Assembly (NCBI GenBank): GCA_963706595.1
Contig: OY970166.1
Location: 4,000,001-4,064,000, forward strand
Reading direction: 5' to 3'
DNA: 64,000 bases
Source of the DNA: an uncultured cyanobacterium
GTDB taxonomy: Bacteria; Cyanobacteriota; Cyanobacteriia; Cyanobacteriales; Nostocaceae
The notes beneath the pieces were generated by a model. That model searched no databases and was not told the origin of the DNA. It saw nothing but the letters and a program-made list of their open reading frames with translations. The translations under genes and the position numbers were made by a program. Positions 62,367 through 64,000 of the stretch are shown here, one piece after another; within the stretch, counting starts at the first letter, position 1; every line of letters starts with the position of its first letter.

Positions 62367-63443
62367 TTAGCTGATGTGTTGAAAGATGATTTTCAATAAA
62401 TCCCCTTGTATAAAAGGTTTAGCTAAAAAGCCTGAAGCTCTGACAAACTTGGCTCTAGCTCTATCTATCAGCCCTGTTCTACCTGTCACCATAATCACAG
62501 GCGTATTTTTCAAAGATGAGTGTTTACGTAACAACGAGCATAATTCATACCCATCTAAATTAGGCATCTCAACATCTAATAAAATCAGGTCTGGTTTGGT
62601 GCGAACAATTTGCATTAAAGCATTCAAAGAATCGGTAATTGTAATCACAGAAAACATTTGCTCATCTAAGTAACTTTTTATAGTGTTTAATACCGCCGGA
62701 CTGTCATCAATACAGAGGATTGTGAAGAGATTTTTGTCAGCAGTTGGTGTAGTTTGCTGACCGCTATTATGGATATTATGAATATTGTGAGTTGATGCAG
62801 GTTGAGAGTATGCAGTTTTATGACCTTCACTGACTTTAGCAGAGGTTTTTACAGGTTGTGTTTGAGGTAATGGCTGATTTAACCGCACAACTGGCGATGT
62901 CTGTGTGTAGGTTCCCCCACGGCTACCCCTTTGCTGCTGTTCCACTAATAAACGAATATTTAGATGACAGTACTTTGGCATATCATCGAGAAAGCTTTCC
63001 GGAACAAATTCATAACTTCCTTCTTCTAAGTTCAAGAATGTCTCCAAGACTTCTAGCGCCAATTGCTCTATGAGCATCGCCGCTTGAGCAGGGGTGATGT
63101 ATTTTTGGCTGACTAGCCAACAAATAGCCAGATAATCTGGGTTTGGTATTGCTTGATCCTCAATCCCATTTTCAAATATCGCCTGTAACTGCTCATTAAT
63201 TCCGTGAGGAAGAGTTGAGATGTGCTGACTTAAGCTTTCCAAGTTTCTGTAAAGCGGCTCAAACATTTTCTCGGAGTAGCAAGCATAAATCAGCTTACCC
63301 TCTTCTATATAGATTGACCAAGAGCCAGATGTGCTAAAGACTTGTAAACAACCATTAACAGTCTTACTGGTAACCTTTTTTAAAAGAGGTATGGGTTGAA
63401 GTTTTTGGAAAAATCTATATCTACTAATGGGAAGTGTCTTCAT
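62367..63443 (-). CDS. patA: Heterocyst pattern regulator PatA (PATAN plus receiver domain)
   Basis: MKTLPI.RYRFFQK N-terminus typical of PatA; C-terminal REC domain (CIDDS, LDVEMP, KPF). Confidence 0.9.
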   Translation of the reverse strand: MKTLPISRYRFFQKLQPIPLLKKVTSKTVNGCLQVFSTSGSWSIYIEEGKLIYACYSEKMFEPLYRNLESLSQHISTLPHGINEQLQAIFENGIEDQAIPNPDYLAICWLVSQKYITPAQAAMLIEQLALEVLETFLNLEEGSYEFVPESFLDDMPKYCHLNIRLLVEQQQRGSRGGTYTQTSPVVRLNQPLPQTQPVKTSAKVSEGHKTAYSQPASTHNIHNIHNSGQQTTPTADKNLFTILCIDDSPAVLNTIKSYLDEQMFSVITITDSLNALMQIVRTKPDLILLDVEMPNLDGYELCSLLRKHSSLKNTPVIMVTGRTGLIDRARAKFVRASGFLAKPFIQGDLLKIIFQHIS

Positions 63444-64000
63444 CGGCACAGATTTGAGATATAATTAACATCCACTGTCAAAATCAGTGAATAACCTTTT
63501 GGGAATTAACAACCAGAGTTTCAAAAATAGTGTTCAGCTAAATATAGCGGTAACATTTGGGTTAGTACAGATACTCTTCACCCCTAACTCCTAATTTCCC
63601 AATATCTGTTAAGCTATAGTTGATAAAATGGCGATTTACTGTATTAGACCCAGCGATGCTATTGAAAAACAGTAAAATCATCCCACTGGTGACTGGAAAA
63701 TAGGATTCTCAAAACCAGTTTGATGGTCTGTGATTTCGCTAATTTGGCTAATTTAACAGTAACTTAACTCTTGCACACAGACTATTGGCTCTAGCCCATC
63801 AGTAGCAAAAGTGTTGCTATTCACCGTATTTCCTCGATTAATGTCTGCTCAATCAGCACTTAAAAATCGGCTTAACTAGGATAGATAGTATTTTAATTGA
63901 CTAAGTAGCTATCCGGTTGAGGCTGTTGCGCCAGTTTGAGATGGGAGAGTTTTTCTGTAATCAGGTTGAGGCAAAATTTTCGCTTTCACAACAAGAACAG

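Noticed and set aside
63894..64000. Possible 3' end of a minus-strand gene (VLVVKAKILPQPDY...YLVN*)
   Set aside because: Only about 34 codons are visible at the window edge, so it cannot be supported.

Overview
This is a 64-kb chromosomal window from a heterocyst-forming cyanobacterium (Nostocales), judged from frequent HIP1 GCGATCGC sites, STRR-type heptamer arrays, patA and susA. The left part holds a complete nitrate-assimilation operon (nirA-nrtABCD-nrtP-narB, followed by a PsiE-family gene) with clear NtcA and NtcB boxes; divergent from it lie ndhD, a Rieske protein gene and nirB. The middle contains housekeeping genes (an amino-acid ABC binding protein, tRNA-Ser, crtP-crtB, nagZ, a CsoR/InrS-type repressor, hhoA, mfd), a small AT-rich toxin/defence-like patch after mfd, DUF2157/GDYXXLXY genes, an RsmB-type methylase, a SynDLP-like dynamin and a small HNH gene. 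The right part has a GH57/DUF3536 gene, a Ca2+/H+ antiporter, susA, tRNA-His, an intact IS200/IS605 element (tnpA/tnpB) just upstream of sirB-cobA, vapBC and patA. The most striking unexplained signal is the non-coding stretch 43500-44030. It holds a ~90-nt multibranch RNA, a tRNA-like cloverleaf with a 6-nt anticodon loop, twin GAAA hairpins and a ~280-nt multibranch RNA rich in G-U pairs, all on the + strand. It lies directly upstream of an SPFH/Band-7 protein with five N-terminal beta-repeats, and no rtcB or Ro/TROVE gene is nearby. This looks like a ribonucleoprotein module. All structures were folded by eye, and all family assignments come from motif recognition, not database searches.
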